Virus record (IMG/VR): IMGVR_UViG_3300046692_000091
Span: 1-64,000 of that record
Length of the DNA: 64,000 nt
Reading direction: 5' to 3' (one strand)
The stretch's first letter is position 1; each line of letters opens with the position of its first letter. This document shows, piece after piece, positions 45,859 to 56,373 of the stretch. The notes beneath the pieces are model-generated. The model was given only the letters and a program-made list of their open reading frames with translations, was not told where the DNA came from and made no database searches. Position numbers and translations under genes: made by a program.

Positions 45859-48084
45859 ATGTCCACCATGAGTACAACTGGTCTCTACGAAGAGGACCTG
45901 CACGGTACGAACCCTGCGAACCTCGTAACAGGTGAGATTCAGACGCTGCAAGTTCCTGGGCCTGATGATTACTACTTCATCATTCCAAAAGCTGCTCCGT
46001 ACTTCGCGGACTCTCTCAAAGTGTACAACCACCAAACTGGTGCATTGTACGTGGAAAACGTAGACTACCTAATTGGCCACTACTTCATTGAAGCGATGGA
46101 TTCCATCGGGCGACCAATCTGTGGTTCTATTCGTTTTATGAAACGTACCATCCAAGGTCAAGCTCGCTTAGAGTATCGGACTGTTGGTGGTCAATGGGGC
46201 TTTAGTGATTCGGCTATTCTGGCAGAACTGTCTAATCGACAGCTTAACCCACTTATCCGTACTTGGGCTCAGATCGATGTGCTCCCGGCATTGTTCCCTG
46301 TACTAGAACACAACCAACCAGTTAACTCGTTGATCGGTTCTGCACAGATCCTGGAAGCGCTGGAAGACCTGGCTGCTATTATCGAAGCTTCGGCTGAAGG
46401 GGCATCACAGTCCCACTTGCTTGACTTTCAGAACCCACACAAGGTGACGAAAGCACAGGTACTGTTAGGCTTAGTGCAGAACTACGGAATGGCTACAGAT
46501 CTTGAAGCCAAGGCCGGTGTACGTGATGACGTTTATATGTCTGCACGGGCCGTCTATCTGCAGGTAATGGATAAAGCACTGACTCCGCTCAATGCTCACA
46601 TCAATGCCATCGGTAACGTCCACGGCCTGACTGCTGCTGACATCAACCTGGGTCGTGTTCCTAACTTCTCTGCCGCTACCCCAACTGAAGCTATCGACAT
46701 CACAAACAACAACACGTTGCTGACGCCGTACACTGGCGCACTGTTGATCGAGAAGCTTTCGAACGTACCGCGTATTGATGCACTAGAGAACTTGATCCGT
46801 AATCACATTGCGGATATCAACAACCCACACCAACTGACGCCTGCTATTTTGGGTATGTACTCGAATGCACAGATCGATCAGAAGCTTGCCGATATTTCTG
46901 GCGGTGGTGGCGATGCAACTACCTTCGGTGGTAAGACTCCAGCCCAATGGGAAGATGGTTTTACTTCGGTAGATGATGTTGAAGGTGTGATCGATAAAGT
47001 TCGTATTCAATTTGAAGCGAACATTGCCTTGATTCAACCTGTTGCTCTAGAGTCCCCTTGGACTCCAAGTAATGAAACAGCTTATCAGAATTCATTGATT
47101 GTTTATGCGACCCCACGCTTCGGCATGTATGGCGTAGGGAACACACTCAATTCGGTTGATCTGATTCAAGCATCTGACGTCCCACAGATTCCTAATTTGG
47201 CTACTCTGCGGAATGCTGCTGAGGGTTGGTCAGCCACTAAAGATGCAGTCTATGTGATTGCTCCGAATGGTTCACTGCGGGCTTACGGTTCAGCATCTGT
47301 TGCTGCTCCAGTTGGTTGGAAGGACGATGTTTCCTTTGTCCCAGCTAACGCATTGGAATCAGTATGGGCTACGAAAGACCTAGTGTATATCCGTAAGCGT
47401 GGTTCGGGGAGCGTAGTTGGTGATACGTACGTGTATGGCACATCTACCGCATTGACATTGGTTTCGCCAACGTCAGAAGGTTTAGTGACCATCCTTACCA
47501 CTGCCCAACAAACCTACGTCGGTGAAACAACCGTATTGCAACTTGACGGTAAAGTTTTCAAAGGTCGTGGTTTGGCTGCATGGGTAACTGCGTTCAACGC
47601 CGTTGTCACGGCAGTGAATGCTGAGATCGCAGGGAAAGAAGCAGGCGATACTATTCGCGATGTGCGCGTTGGTGAGACTAACGTTATCATTACGAGCGCA
47701 TCACGTGGGGAAGTCTATGTGTATCAAATCAACCGTACGGGTAACAACGTTACTGGCTTAGTCCGTGTTGCAGATCCATTCATCTACGACACCCATGGCG
47801 TCAAAGTTCCAGTAGGTACCATTACTGGCATTAAAGCACTTTCTGGCGCATACAAGCACTTCTGTCTACTCACTGCCGATAATAAGGCATTGTTCTTCGG
47901 TGATAACTCACAGGGTCAATGTGAAGTAGATAACGAAGCGGGTCCGTTCTTGTCGATTGCAGCTGGTAATAACTACACCGTTACGGTTAACGACAAGCAT
48001 CAACCGATGTTCTGGGGAAATTCACCAGATAACTCAATGTTGTATAACAACCGTGGCACAGTGATCGAAGAGGTAACTCCATGA
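45859..48084 (+). CDS. Tail fibre/baseplate protein with C-terminal beta-propeller (phiKZ gp131-like)
   Basis: AGGAGG RBS; repeated H..D..NPH.VT...LG.V.N fibre motifs; RCC1-like blades FFGDNSQGQ and IAAGNNYTV..WGN. Confidence 0.8.
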   Translation: MSTMSTTGLYEEDLHGTNPANLVTGEIQTLQVPGPDDYYFIIPKAAPYFADSLKVYNHQTGALYVENVDYLIGHYFIEAMDSIGRPICGSIRFMKRTIQGQARLEYRTVGGQWGFSDSAILAELSNRQLNPLIRTWAQIDVLPALFPVLEHNQPVNSLIGSAQILEALEDLAAIIEASAEGASQSHLLDFQNPHKVTKAQVLLGLVQNYGMATDLEAKAGVRDDVYMSARAVYLQVMDKALTPLNAHINAIGNVHGLTAADINLGRVPNFSAATPTEAIDITNNNTLLTPYTGALLIEKLSNVPRIDALENLIRNHIADINNPHQLTPAILGMYSNAQIDQKLADISGGGGDATTFGGKTPAQWEDGFTSVDDVEGVIDKVRIQFEANIALIQPVALESPWTPSNETAYQNSLIVYATPRFGMYGVGNTLNSVDLIQASDVPQIPNLATLRNAAEGWSATKDAVYVIAPNGSLRAYGSASVAAPVGWKDDVSFVPANALESVWATKDLVYIRKRGSGSVVGDTYVYGTSTALTLVSPTSEGLVTILTTAQQTYVGETTVLQLDGKVFKGRGLAAWVTAFNAVVTAVNAEIAGKEAGDTIRDVRVGETNVIITSASRGEVYVYQINRTGNNVTGLVRVADPFIYDTHGVKVPVGTITGIKALSGAYKHFCLLTADNKALFFGDNSQGQCEVDNEAGPFLSIAAGNNYTVTVNDKHQPMFWGNSPDNSMLYNNRGTVIEEVTP

Positions 48085-48398
48085 TCAGTACAGCAAAAGT
48101 AACGGCCATGCTTCAACGTATGGCCCTATGGGCAGGCGAAACAGTTAGTCGTCTCACACTGGTGAAGAATCGGTTAGACGCATTAGAGTCGCTTACTCGT
48201 GACTTGAACCAGATGGACGCCGATAAAGTCGGCTTAGGTCGAGTCGCCAACTATGCACCAGCCACATTAACGCAAGCAGTTAATGGAGTTAACAACACAT
48301 CAACCATGACCCCCCGTAGAACAGTGGATTTCGCTGAAGCTAATATCTACGGCCCCATTGGTGATGCTTTCGCTGCAGCTGCTGCACGCTTGCCATAA
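48081..48398 (+). CDS. Small tail protein (gp132-like)
   Basis: 105 aa; DKVGLGRVANY fibre motif. Confidence 0.7.
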   Translation: MISTAKVTAMLQRMALWAGETVSRLTLVKNRLDALESLTRDLNQMDADKVGLGRVANYAPATLTQAVNGVNNTSTMTPRRTVDFAEANIYGPIGDAFAAAAARLP

Positions 48399-48409
48399 AC
48401 CCACAAGAC

Positions 48410-48436
48410 AGGACATGGGCAACCGTGTCCTCTTTT
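48410..48436 (+). terminator. Intrinsic terminator
   Basis: AGGACATGG-GCAA-CCGTGTCCT-CTTTT. Confidence 0.7.
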
Positions 48437-48463
48437 GTAAGCATTATCCAAACGGAGTAACCC

Positions 48464-49813
48464 ATGGATAGCCCAATCGTACAGCTACCACTAGATCTAA
48501 CGGGTACTAACCCTAATAACCATATTGGTAGCGAAGAACACCTACTGGTGGATCTTGATGGTTTCCCGTATAAAATCATCACCCTCTTCCATGGTGGTTT
48601 TTATACGAAGGGACTCAAGGTCTACGATGCAGACTACAACAAGCTTATGCCTGATGTAGATTACATCTGTACTTACAAACATCAACAAGTCAGTGATCGT
48701 ACTGGTCTAGAAGTTTGCAGTGCAATCGTTTTCATTAACCCTGCCATTGATGGCATCGTTTATACCTCTTCCCAAATGGTCGGTGGTGATCTCGCATTCA
48801 GCTTTACTGTTGTGCAGGATTACATCACTTTCTACAATACCAAAACATCTGGCTATGTGCCTAAATGGGTTGACTACAATGGTACCGAACCCAACTGGGG
48901 TCCAGGTGAACTAGTGCAACAACGTTGGGGGTTGGACACATACCAACCATTTAACAATGAACTAGAAGTCATCTCTCGTCGAATGATGATTGGCGCTGAC
49001 GCAGCTGAAGAAAATCTACGGGATTCTATTCGTGATCGACTGGATGTATTCTTAGCACGATTCAATAGTCGCCTACAGGATCACATCGATGACAAAGCTA
49101 ACCCACACCATTCAGATGCCGAGAAAGTAGGTTTAGGTTTACTGCGTAACTTGCCGGTAGCTACAACGCCACAAGCAATCGCCATTACCTCCGATGCACT
49201 ATACATGACACCAGCATTATCTTGGCAAGTCAGTGATCAATTAGCCGCTCTTCCGTTGAAAGCCCACACGGATCTGAAACCAGCTAACCCACATGACGTT
49301 AAGAGTGCTCAGTTGAACTCGCATGACAAAGCACAAGCTACCGCGATCATCAACTCGAAACATAACAAAGGGACAACCATCTCCAATACACGAACCATCA
49401 TGTATCAGGGCGAATGGCACACCTACGAGGCATATGTAGCTAAGCTACGGAAGAACTTGTCGACTACTTATTTCCCTAATGGTGTTTTGCAACCGTCTAG
49501 ATTAGGTGCAGGTCCATTAGAATGGAATGCAGTAATGCGTGGTGATCGTCGTTGGTCACGCGTGAGCGATATTCTTGCTGAGTACGTTACAGCTCCAGCT
49601 GCTTCGTTTAATGGTATCTCGGTTAACACGTATGATCCAAACGTAGCAATGAATATTGTGCGTTCTACTTGGCCATATGAACCAGTTGGTAGTACCGTAT
49701 TTGCACGCTGCTTAGTGCAAGTATCTCAGGGTTGGGGTAACGGTTCACAGCAATACGACGTCGCCCAAGACTATGCCTTCGTTATGACACCATCTGGCTG
49801 GATTAAGGCTTAA
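48464..49813 (+). CDS. Tail fibre protein, paralog 1 (gp133-135 family)
   Basis: LPLDLTG..N..E.H N-terminus; NPH repeats. Confidence 0.75.
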   Translation: MDSPIVQLPLDLTGTNPNNHIGSEEHLLVDLDGFPYKIITLFHGGFYTKGLKVYDADYNKLMPDVDYICTYKHQQVSDRTGLEVCSAIVFINPAIDGIVYTSSQMVGGDLAFSFTVVQDYITFYNTKTSGYVPKWVDYNGTEPNWGPGELVQQRWGLDTYQPFNNELEVISRRMMIGADAAEENLRDSIRDRLDVFLARFNSRLQDHIDDKANPHHSDAEKVGLGLLRNLPVATTPQAIAITSDALYMTPALSWQVSDQLAALPLKAHTDLKPANPHDVKSAQLNSHDKAQATAIINSKHNKGTTISNTRTIMYQGEWHTYEAYVAKLRKNLSTTYFPNGVLQPSRLGAGPLEWNAVMRGDRRWSRVSDILAEYVTAPAASFNGISVNTYDPNVAMNIVRSTWPYEPVGSTVFARCLVQVSQGWGNGSQQYDVAQDYAFVMTPSGWIKA

Positions 49814-49823
49814 GGTAAAAGAG

Positions 49824-51194
49824 ATGACTCCACTACTACACAAGTTTCCATTAGACTGGACAGGTACCGACCTGCGTAATCGGACACGAAGCGAGATGCA
49901 TGATATGTCTGCGCTCTATGACCTGGACTACCGCTGTGTAGTCTTGGATCATGGTTACTTCTATACCAACGATCTGTACATCATCGATGAAGCAGGCCGT
50001 GTATTAAAAGAAACCTTAGACTATCAACTAGTTGGTTTCAATACTGATGTAGTTGGTAAGACAGCCAGGACCGTTGTATCCGTAATAGTGATTACTAATA
50101 AAAAGGTAACCTCTAAGATTTACGTTGATGCACAAATGGTCGGCGGTGGTTATGAGAAGGTAGGCAAAGCAATCGATCAGATGGCTATGGGTCTACTCAA
50201 CAACACCCGCAAAGTGCACTGGAACAACATCAAAGGCAAACCTGACCATTTCCCTGCAGGTGGTCATATGCACGCGCTATGGGAACTGTACGGCTTCACA
50301 CCTACGGTTACTGTATTGAAACGGATGTCCGTTGCATTTGGTAAGAAAGTTCAACTGGTGTTGAATGGCATTTACAAAGACTTCGATGCACAAATGAAAA
50401 TCATCGAGGGTGAATTGGATGCTGTGGAAGCTCGTTTGACTGCACACATCGCAGATCAGAATAACCCACACAAAGACTGGAAAGGTAACATCGGTTTAGC
50501 AAATGTGTTCAATGCCCCTACGGCTACACTGACACAGGCTCGCTTAACAAACGGTAGTTTGATGTCGACCTATGCAACTCCATGGTCCATCGGTCAAGCA
50601 CTTGATGCTAACTTTACTCCGATCTTGCAAGAACACATTGCTAACAGAAACAACCCGCACCAGAATAATATTACTCAACTGAATATGTACTCCATTCCTC
50701 AGATGAATGATAAGGCCAGTCTGTATACCGATCTCAATGCAACGATGGACAAGTCTACTTTGGTTTATGGATTAACCTCTACTGCCCTGCAGCCACAAGT
50801 GCAATCGAACAACCATGTGGCCAACCTAACGATTGGTATGTACCCATTCCAAATCTGGGCACGTCCTTATATCGGTGGCCTCTCCCCAAATGCACAGGTA
50901 TTTAAACCTGATGGTTATTGGCAGAACATCGCTGACGTTATTCAACGCGAGGTTCGTCCAAGCACTTTGATTACAGTTATGCAAGGTGACTTCGATAGTT
51001 ATGCAGGATGTGTAAACACAGCAAACCAATGGTTGATCGGTTATCCAATAGGTTCATTGTGTTATTGCCACTACAACATCAACCGGCACTCCGGTAATGG
51101 TAACGGGTCTATTCAATATGCCCGGACACAAAACACCACGATTCTCGTTTACGCAGGTGGCCCCGGTTGGATTACTAGCGCAGGAGGTGTATAA
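49824..51194 (+). CDS. Tail fibre protein, paralog 2
   Basis: FPLDWTG N-terminus; VDAQMVGG; NPH repeats. Confidence 0.75.
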   Translation: MTPLLHKFPLDWTGTDLRNRTRSEMHDMSALYDLDYRCVVLDHGYFYTNDLYIIDEAGRVLKETLDYQLVGFNTDVVGKTARTVVSVIVITNKKVTSKIYVDAQMVGGGYEKVGKAIDQMAMGLLNNTRKVHWNNIKGKPDHFPAGGHMHALWELYGFTPTVTVLKRMSVAFGKKVQLVLNGIYKDFDAQMKIIEGELDAVEARLTAHIADQNNPHKDWKGNIGLANVFNAPTATLTQARLTNGSLMSTYATPWSIGQALDANFTPILQEHIANRNNPHQNNITQLNMYSIPQMNDKASLYTDLNATMDKSTLVYGLTSTALQPQVQSNNHVANLTIGMYPFQIWARPYIGGLSPNAQVFKPDGYWQNIADVIQREVRPSTLITVMQGDFDSYAGCVNTANQWLIGYPIGSLCYCHYNINRHSGNGNGSIQYARTQNTTILVYAGGPGWITSAGGV

Positions 51195-52522
51195 TGGCTA
51201 GACTTACATTTCTGCCCCTGGATTTAACGGGGCAGTCACTCGTCAACAGACGTACGGGTGAGCAACATCCACTGATCAAGGTTGGCAATAAAGTTAACCG
51301 AGTGTGTGTCCTAGGTCATGGTGCTTTCTATACCCAAGGCTTAATAGTACGTGATAACACAGGGCGATTGCTCTCACCTGTCACTGACTTCAAGACAACC
51401 TACCACTACGAACAGTTAACTAAACTGACTGCAAAAGAAGTAATGGGTTTGATCGTTGTTACAAATCCTGCAGTAGTGTCGCCACTGACAGTCCAGTACC
51501 AAGCGGTGGGTGGTAACTTTGCAGTCTCTGTCCCAGAACTGAAAGCACTATTGGATTCCATCAAGGAAGATAACTTCGACCTTAAATGGGAAGACATCAT
51601 CGGTAAGCCAACTGCTTATGTTCCTGAAGATCATGAACATGAATACTGGCAGCTTTGGGGTATGGAAACCACAGTCACCGAAATCGATCGTATTGGTGCT
51701 GCATGGAAAGCCGGTTCCACCGCTATCGCCAAAGAGAGCAAAGACTACGGTGTTATATACGTTCAGAAAGGACGGGATGCTATCGATGCCTATGCTCTTA
51801 AAGTAAGTATCCACTTGACGGATATTAATAACCCACACTTGACGGATAAGACTAAAGCAGGTTTAGGTTATATCAACAACTGGACGATGGCTAGCCCTCT
51901 ACAAGTAGTTGACCGCAATGATGCAACCCATTACATGCCTATTGGTGGGATGTACCGGATTCTGAATACAGGTCCATTACCAGATCTTTCTGCACACGTG
52001 AGTAACTATCTCAATCCACATGGCACAACTGCTGCAATGGTAGGCAGTTGGACTAAAACCGAGATTGACTCAGCTTTTGCTGGGAAATATCTGTGGACAG
52101 ATGTCGCTAACAATGCAAGTTTGTATGGCGGGCGTGCCCAATCAACACTTCGTTACGATGTGACCACTAACCTGGACCCTCGGGATATTACGTTCGGTGG
52201 CTTCCCTCATACGCAGATTGGTTATGGTGGTGGCGGTATTGGTTCCGACACTTGGAACTGGGCATTGTGTGGTGATGGCGTTTGGAGACGTTGGTCTGAT
52301 TTGGTTGCACCATTCAACAATAGCCGCCGTCGTTATGTATCACTAGGCAACTACAGTACGCCAGCAGCGCTTCAGAATATCGCTAACGTAGTCTATGCTG
52401 GTTGGCCAGATAATACTATCGCAATCGGTACGTATTACAACTTCCCGACTGAAGATGTCGAGTTCACACTACTTAAAGCCTTTATTAAATCAAACGGCTC
52501 CTGGATTCCGGTCTGGGGTTAA
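51194..52522 (+). CDS. Tail fibre protein, paralog 3
   Basis: LPLDLTG N-terminus; YQAVGG; NPH repeats. Confidence 0.75.
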   Translation: MARLTFLPLDLTGQSLVNRRTGEQHPLIKVGNKVNRVCVLGHGAFYTQGLIVRDNTGRLLSPVTDFKTTYHYEQLTKLTAKEVMGLIVVTNPAVVSPLTVQYQAVGGNFAVSVPELKALLDSIKEDNFDLKWEDIIGKPTAYVPEDHEHEYWQLWGMETTVTEIDRIGAAWKAGSTAIAKESKDYGVIYVQKGRDAIDAYALKVSIHLTDINNPHLTDKTKAGLGYINNWTMASPLQVVDRNDATHYMPIGGMYRILNTGPLPDLSAHVSNYLNPHGTTAAMVGSWTKTEIDSAFAGKYLWTDVANNASLYGGRAQSTLRYDVTTNLDPRDITFGGFPHTQIGYGGGGIGSDTWNWALCGDGVWRRWSDLVAPFNNSRRRYVSLGNYSTPAALQNIANVVYAGWPDNTIAIGTYYNFPTEDVEFTLLKAFIKSNGSWIPVWG

Positions 52523-52537
52523 AAGAGGAAACAACCA

Positions 52538-53107
52538 ATGTATAACAGTACAGTTCTTTCAAATCTAACCAGCGGTGTTCGAACACGTGCATTACTGATG
52601 TTCAACAAAGCAAATGGAGAATTCATTTCCGCAATCAGTTGGAATGACCCTGAAACGTTAGGTGGGGGAGACTACATCCTTTTCGTTGAAGCACAATACG
52701 ACCTGTTGAATGATGTAGTTAAGGGTACTTATCCTGATTACGTAATCATGAATAGAGATGAAGGTCCTCAGCTTTATTACGAATCGCAAGCTGATACAGC
52801 CATGTCGACTAAGATCACTAAGAAATACCCAGTGGTCGAACAAGTAAACGTACTGGCTCGCGCCGTCGGTATCTTAGCAGAGAAACTCGGTATGACCGAA
52901 GATCTCACCGAACTGGCTGAGATGATTGAATACATCAAGCTCTGTAAAGAAGTGAACGCCACTACTAAGGAATTCCACCGTGAGTCTCCCGATTACATTT
53001 ACGTCAGCAATAAAGAACTTGCAGAACAAGAAAACGCAAGATACGAAGGTGGTCTACACGAAGCCATTGGGCCAAGACCGATCACAGGTGGACGTGTTTT
53101 CGGCTGA
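52538..53107 (+). CDS. Tail-associated/chaperone-like protein (gp136-like)
   Basis: 189 aa directly after the fibre genes; GAGGA RBS. Confidence 0.55.
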   Translation: MYNSTVLSNLTSGVRTRALLMFNKANGEFISAISWNDPETLGGGDYILFVEAQYDLLNDVVKGTYPDYVIMNRDEGPQLYYESQADTAMSTKITKKYPVVEQVNVLARAVGILAEKLGMTEDLTELAEMIEYIKLCKEVNATTKEFHRESPDYIYVSNKELAEQENARYEGGLHEAIGPRPITGGRVFG

Positions 53108-53540
53108 TACGGCTGAAGCCATTGTGGGGGCCCTAGAGGCCCTCCCGGTAGGTTACTGGTATCAACGCTCAAAGATCAACTCCATTCCCACTAAAGGGGT
53201 GACTGAGTGCGACTACGGGTTCCTGGGGCACAACCAGATGCCTAGAGAACTCCGTGAAGCGCTTTGGGACCTAGCTCCGTCTATCCCTAAGGCCATGTTA
53301 GAAGAAATTTGCGTTAACCGTTACGAAATTGGTACTGGGATGCCCGAGCATATTGACCTGGCTGAGTATCAATACAACATGGTTGTCGCTCTTTCTAACA
53401 ATGGGGACGGTTGCACAATAATGGATGAGTTCTTTGTTGATGTGCCCGGTAAAGGAATGGTGTTCCCACGCAAATCGGAACCACACGCCGTACCACCGGT
53501 TAAACATAAACGTTTTGTAATCATTTTCCTGTATGCATAA
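53094..53540 (+). CDS. 2OG-Fe(II) dioxygenase
   Basis: NRY..G.GM..HID...H.V.PV..KR gives the HxD...H iron triad and 2OG-binding Arg; probable GTG start after AGGTGG. Confidence 0.75.
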   Translation: MFSADTAEAIVGALEALPVGYWYQRSKINSIPTKGVTECDYGFLGHNQMPRELREALWDLAPSIPKAMLEEICVNRYEIGTGMPEHIDLAEYQYNMVVALSNNGDGCTIMDEFFVDVPGKGMVFPRKSEPHAVPPVKHKRFVIIFLYA

Positions 53541-53549
53541 GGAGTAGAC

Positions 53550-54041
53550 ATGTACACACGTCTGCACACACTTTCAGAAACAGCAGTAGCCGAACTCCGT
53601 GGGCTTAAAGACGAAGTTGTTTTCTCGAATTCGTACGGTGCCCGTCGGAGACAAGGTAAGAACGATGCCAACGCTCTAAGTATCTACAACTACTCTAAGT
53701 GGTTTAACTGGACTCACAAACAACGTGAAGTTTTCCGTAAAACCCTTCCGGAGAGACAAACCCAGAAAACTAAACAAGTCTGGTTCTTGGATATCCCAGC
53801 ACGTACTGGTTTCCTAGATGAAATGACGTATTGGATCACCCATGCGAAAAGCTGTGGGAAGATCTGTGCTTATTCGTTGACTGATAAACAGACGATCTAT
53901 CTTAACGGTAATTCGGTTACTCTCGAAAAGGGAGAAGGCATTTACTTTTGTCTATCGAACATCCATTCGATCAAGCCTTCCAAAGATGGTCAATTGTGGG
54001 CATGTGTGATGACTACCTCACCTGTCACTGACCTACTGTAG
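53550..54041 (+). CDS. Double-stranded beta-helix (cupin/2OG-oxygenase-like) protein
   Basis: 163 aa; TAAGGAG RBS; GEGIYF..NIHSIKP C-terminal pattern; HxD not evident. Confidence 0.45.
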   Translation: MYTRLHTLSETAVAELRGLKDEVVFSNSYGARRRQGKNDANALSIYNYSKWFNWTHKQREVFRKTLPERQTQKTKQVWFLDIPARTGFLDEMTYWITHAKSCGKICAYSLTDKQTIYLNGNSVTLEKGEGIYFCLSNIHSIKPSKDGQLWACVMTTSPVTDLL

Positions 54042-54091
54042 AAATACGTTTCTACTTAATAATACAATGCCTCAATCACAAGGACATCGAA

Positions 54092-54988
54092 ATGTCGATC
54101 TTGGACCAACAAGTTGTTAACGTAACGCGTACCGCTATTGGTGCTCTGTTACAAACCGTTAAATATCTGGGGATGCCTACAAAGCTTGCCCTGCTGCTGA
54201 ATACCACTCTGAACCAGAAGTTTGCTGTGCAGAATGGCGTACTGCCTTCCGATGCACAATCACTGAACTTCCGTTACCTCGTTATTGGTAACATGGGTCA
54301 CTTCACTGTCAAAGCTGACGACGGTTCTGATGAGACTGATGTCCGTCCACACCGTACTAACCATAACGGGCTGTACAACCACATCCCGTTTGTACTCCGT
54401 GAAGTAACTGATGACCTGACCTCCCTAGAACGTGAGAAATACGCTCTCCGCACACCAGAGACACACAAAGGCAAACCTTACTTTGCTTACTACGCTCGTC
54501 GTATCAATATCTCTGCAACTGTACCACAGCTGTTAGAAGTAGAGATTATCAATGGCGTGGAAGTAACTCGTCCGTACGTACCAACTCTGGAAGACTTGAA
54601 CCCTACCCCTCCAGCTATTCCGAATACCGGTATTGTTGTCGGATCGAACAAGTTCATTTCTGCTTCTGCCATTGTTGAAGTTAAGTTCACCAAAGAAGAC
54701 ATTGCCGAGATCGTTAACGCTCACCGTGTTCGCACTAGTTCTACCCGTTCTCCGGTTATCTCTGAGATTGGTCTGGTTACTGGTGTTGATAAACTGGTTC
54801 CTGGTCAAGCAGGCGGCGGTGGCTCGTTGGATTACAACGAAGTTATCGGTGCCCAGATCTCTGTACACGTAGCAACCAACCACCCTATCGCGTACAACTC
54901 TAATGGTCTGACCATGGTTTACGATATCGGTGCTTCTGAACCAATGTTGGGCGATCAAGCTCTTAACGTTGCCGAGTTTGCGAGCTAA
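54092..54988 (+). CDS. Virion structural protein (gp139-like)
   Basis: 298 aa; YFAYYARRI and ISEIGLVTG motifs; synteny. Confidence 0.65.
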   Translation: MSILDQQVVNVTRTAIGALLQTVKYLGMPTKLALLLNTTLNQKFAVQNGVLPSDAQSLNFRYLVIGNMGHFTVKADDGSDETDVRPHRTNHNGLYNHIPFVLREVTDDLTSLEREKYALRTPETHKGKPYFAYYARRINISATVPQLLEVEIINGVEVTRPYVPTLEDLNPTPPAIPNTGIVVGSNKFISASAIVEVKFTKEDIAEIVNAHRVRTSSTRSPVISEIGLVTGVDKLVPGQAGGGGSLDYNEVIGAQISVHVATNHPIAYNSNGLTMVYDIGASEPMLGDQALNVAEFAS

Positions 54989-54990
54989 CT

Positions 54991-55632
54991 ATGCTTAAGA
55001 TGCCGGAGAACTCAGAACCGTTTAAGATTCTGTCTCTAGACCCTGGCTCTTCGCATCTTGGAGTTGCCATACTACTCGACTTGTTAGATGGTTCTGATGT
55101 AACAATTGATGACTCCTTCACTGTACACCTGAAAGACACCTGCCCAGAATATGCTGAGCTAGGTGATCTGCATGGTAACCGTGTAATACGCTTGATGCAA
55201 CTCGGGGATGCTGTACTAAACCTCGTGAGAACGCACAGGCCACACGCGGTGATTGTGGAGGCTAACTACTTAGGTCGTTTCGCTACCGCCTTCGCAGCGC
55301 TCGTAGAATGCGTTGCGATGGTTCGTAGTGCTGTGTATATGTACGACCCTTTTATGCCACTCTACCAAGTAGATCCTTCAACCGCGAAGATCAATGCTGG
55401 TATGGAACGTATTAAAGGAACTGACAAGGAAGATGTCCGTCGTGCAATGAGAAAGCGTAAAGGCATTGTGTGGAATGTTAATCTAGAAGAACTAGACGAA
55501 CACAGTGTCGATGCATGTGCTATTGGCATGTATTGCGCGGATCACATTACACCTAGGGTAATGCCCGCTGAACCTATCAAGAAGATCAAGGTGAAGAAGG
55601 ACCGTAAGCGGAGAAGAGGTAAGAGACGATGA
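54991..55632 (+). CDS. ruvC: RuvC-like Holliday junction resolvase
   Basis: ILSLDPGSSHLG, VIVE, DEHSVDACAIG acidic catalytic motifs; basic C-tail. Confidence 0.85.
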   Translation: MLKMPENSEPFKILSLDPGSSHLGVAILLDLLDGSDVTIDDSFTVHLKDTCPEYAELGDLHGNRVIRLMQLGDAVLNLVRTHRPHAVIVEANYLGRFATAFAALVECVAMVRSAVYMYDPFMPLYQVDPSTAKINAGMERIKGTDKEDVRRAMRKRKGIVWNVNLEELDEHSVDACAIGMYCADHITPRVMPAEPIKKIKVKKDRKRRRGKRR

Positions 55633-56138
55633 ATTTTTTCAAAGGTCTGCAATGGTTTGAATGGCTCCTGATTGGTATCGTAGTTACGATGCTCGGAGTC
55701 TCGTATTTACTCTGGAACAAATACGATGAACGTACTGAACAAATCGGCGGTATTAAAGTCGAGAACAGTGTGCTCACGGAGACGGTGAAATATAAAGATC
55801 AGTCCGCTACCATCTCGGACCAGGTTGTCGCTGAATTTGTTCAGGAGAAAGAAGATGTGAAGGCAGAGCTGGAACAGTCACGTGAAGGAGTGATTGATGA
55901 CTACATTAACATGGCAACAGCCCCAACGGTTGCGCCCGCCGCGACTGTCGTGGACGTCCCTAAAGCAAAGGTTACAACGAGGCCAAAAGCAACTCAAACT
56001 AGGCCCACCTCCGAAGTATCTGATGCTACTGGTGCTAGTGATCGCATTAGCCTCTTGGCTAACCGGATGCACGAGCACTACTGCGCAGCTGCCCCAGAGC
56101 GTGGTGTCGGCTGCAATGCCGTCCGTACTAACCAATGA
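55629..56138 (+). CDS. Putative i-spanin (Rz-like)
   Basis: N-terminal TM WLLIGIVVTMLGVSYLLW, coiled coil, single C-proximal Cys pair; overlaps a lipoprotein gene. Confidence 0.7.
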   Translation: MNFFKGLQWFEWLLIGIVVTMLGVSYLLWNKYDERTEQIGGIKVENSVLTETVKYKDQSATISDQVVAEFVQEKEDVKAELEQSREGVIDDYINMATAPTVAPAATVVDVPKAKVTTRPKATQTRPTSEVSDATGASDRISLLANRMHEHYCAAAPERGVGCNAVRTNQ

Positions 56139-56373
56139 GTGTTACGTTTCTCCGTCCCCTACTGTCGAAGATATTCTTAACGCTCCACAGCGTTATCGTG
56201 TAGCCGGTAAGATGTCGGACTGGGAAGCTCGTTTCCTGTTGATGTCTGATCAATGGCTCCTACAAACTGACGCACTTGGTGTATGTAATACACAGGTACG
56301 CAAATCACGTGAGTGGGTAAACAAACATCGTGGTTTGGAGAAGCCAAATGAAAATCTCGGAAATCCTGAATGA
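56023..56373 (+). CDS. Putative o-spanin lipoprotein (Rz1-like), overlapping the i-spanin in another frame
   Basis: MLLVLVIALASWLTG|C lipobox; true start at 56023, not 55894. Confidence 0.75.
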   Translation: MLLVLVIALASWLTGCTSTTAQLPQSVVSAAMPSVLTNECYVSPSPTVEDILNAPQRYRVAGKMSDWEARFLLMSDQWLLQTDALGVCNTQVRKSREWVNKHRGLEKPNENLGNPE

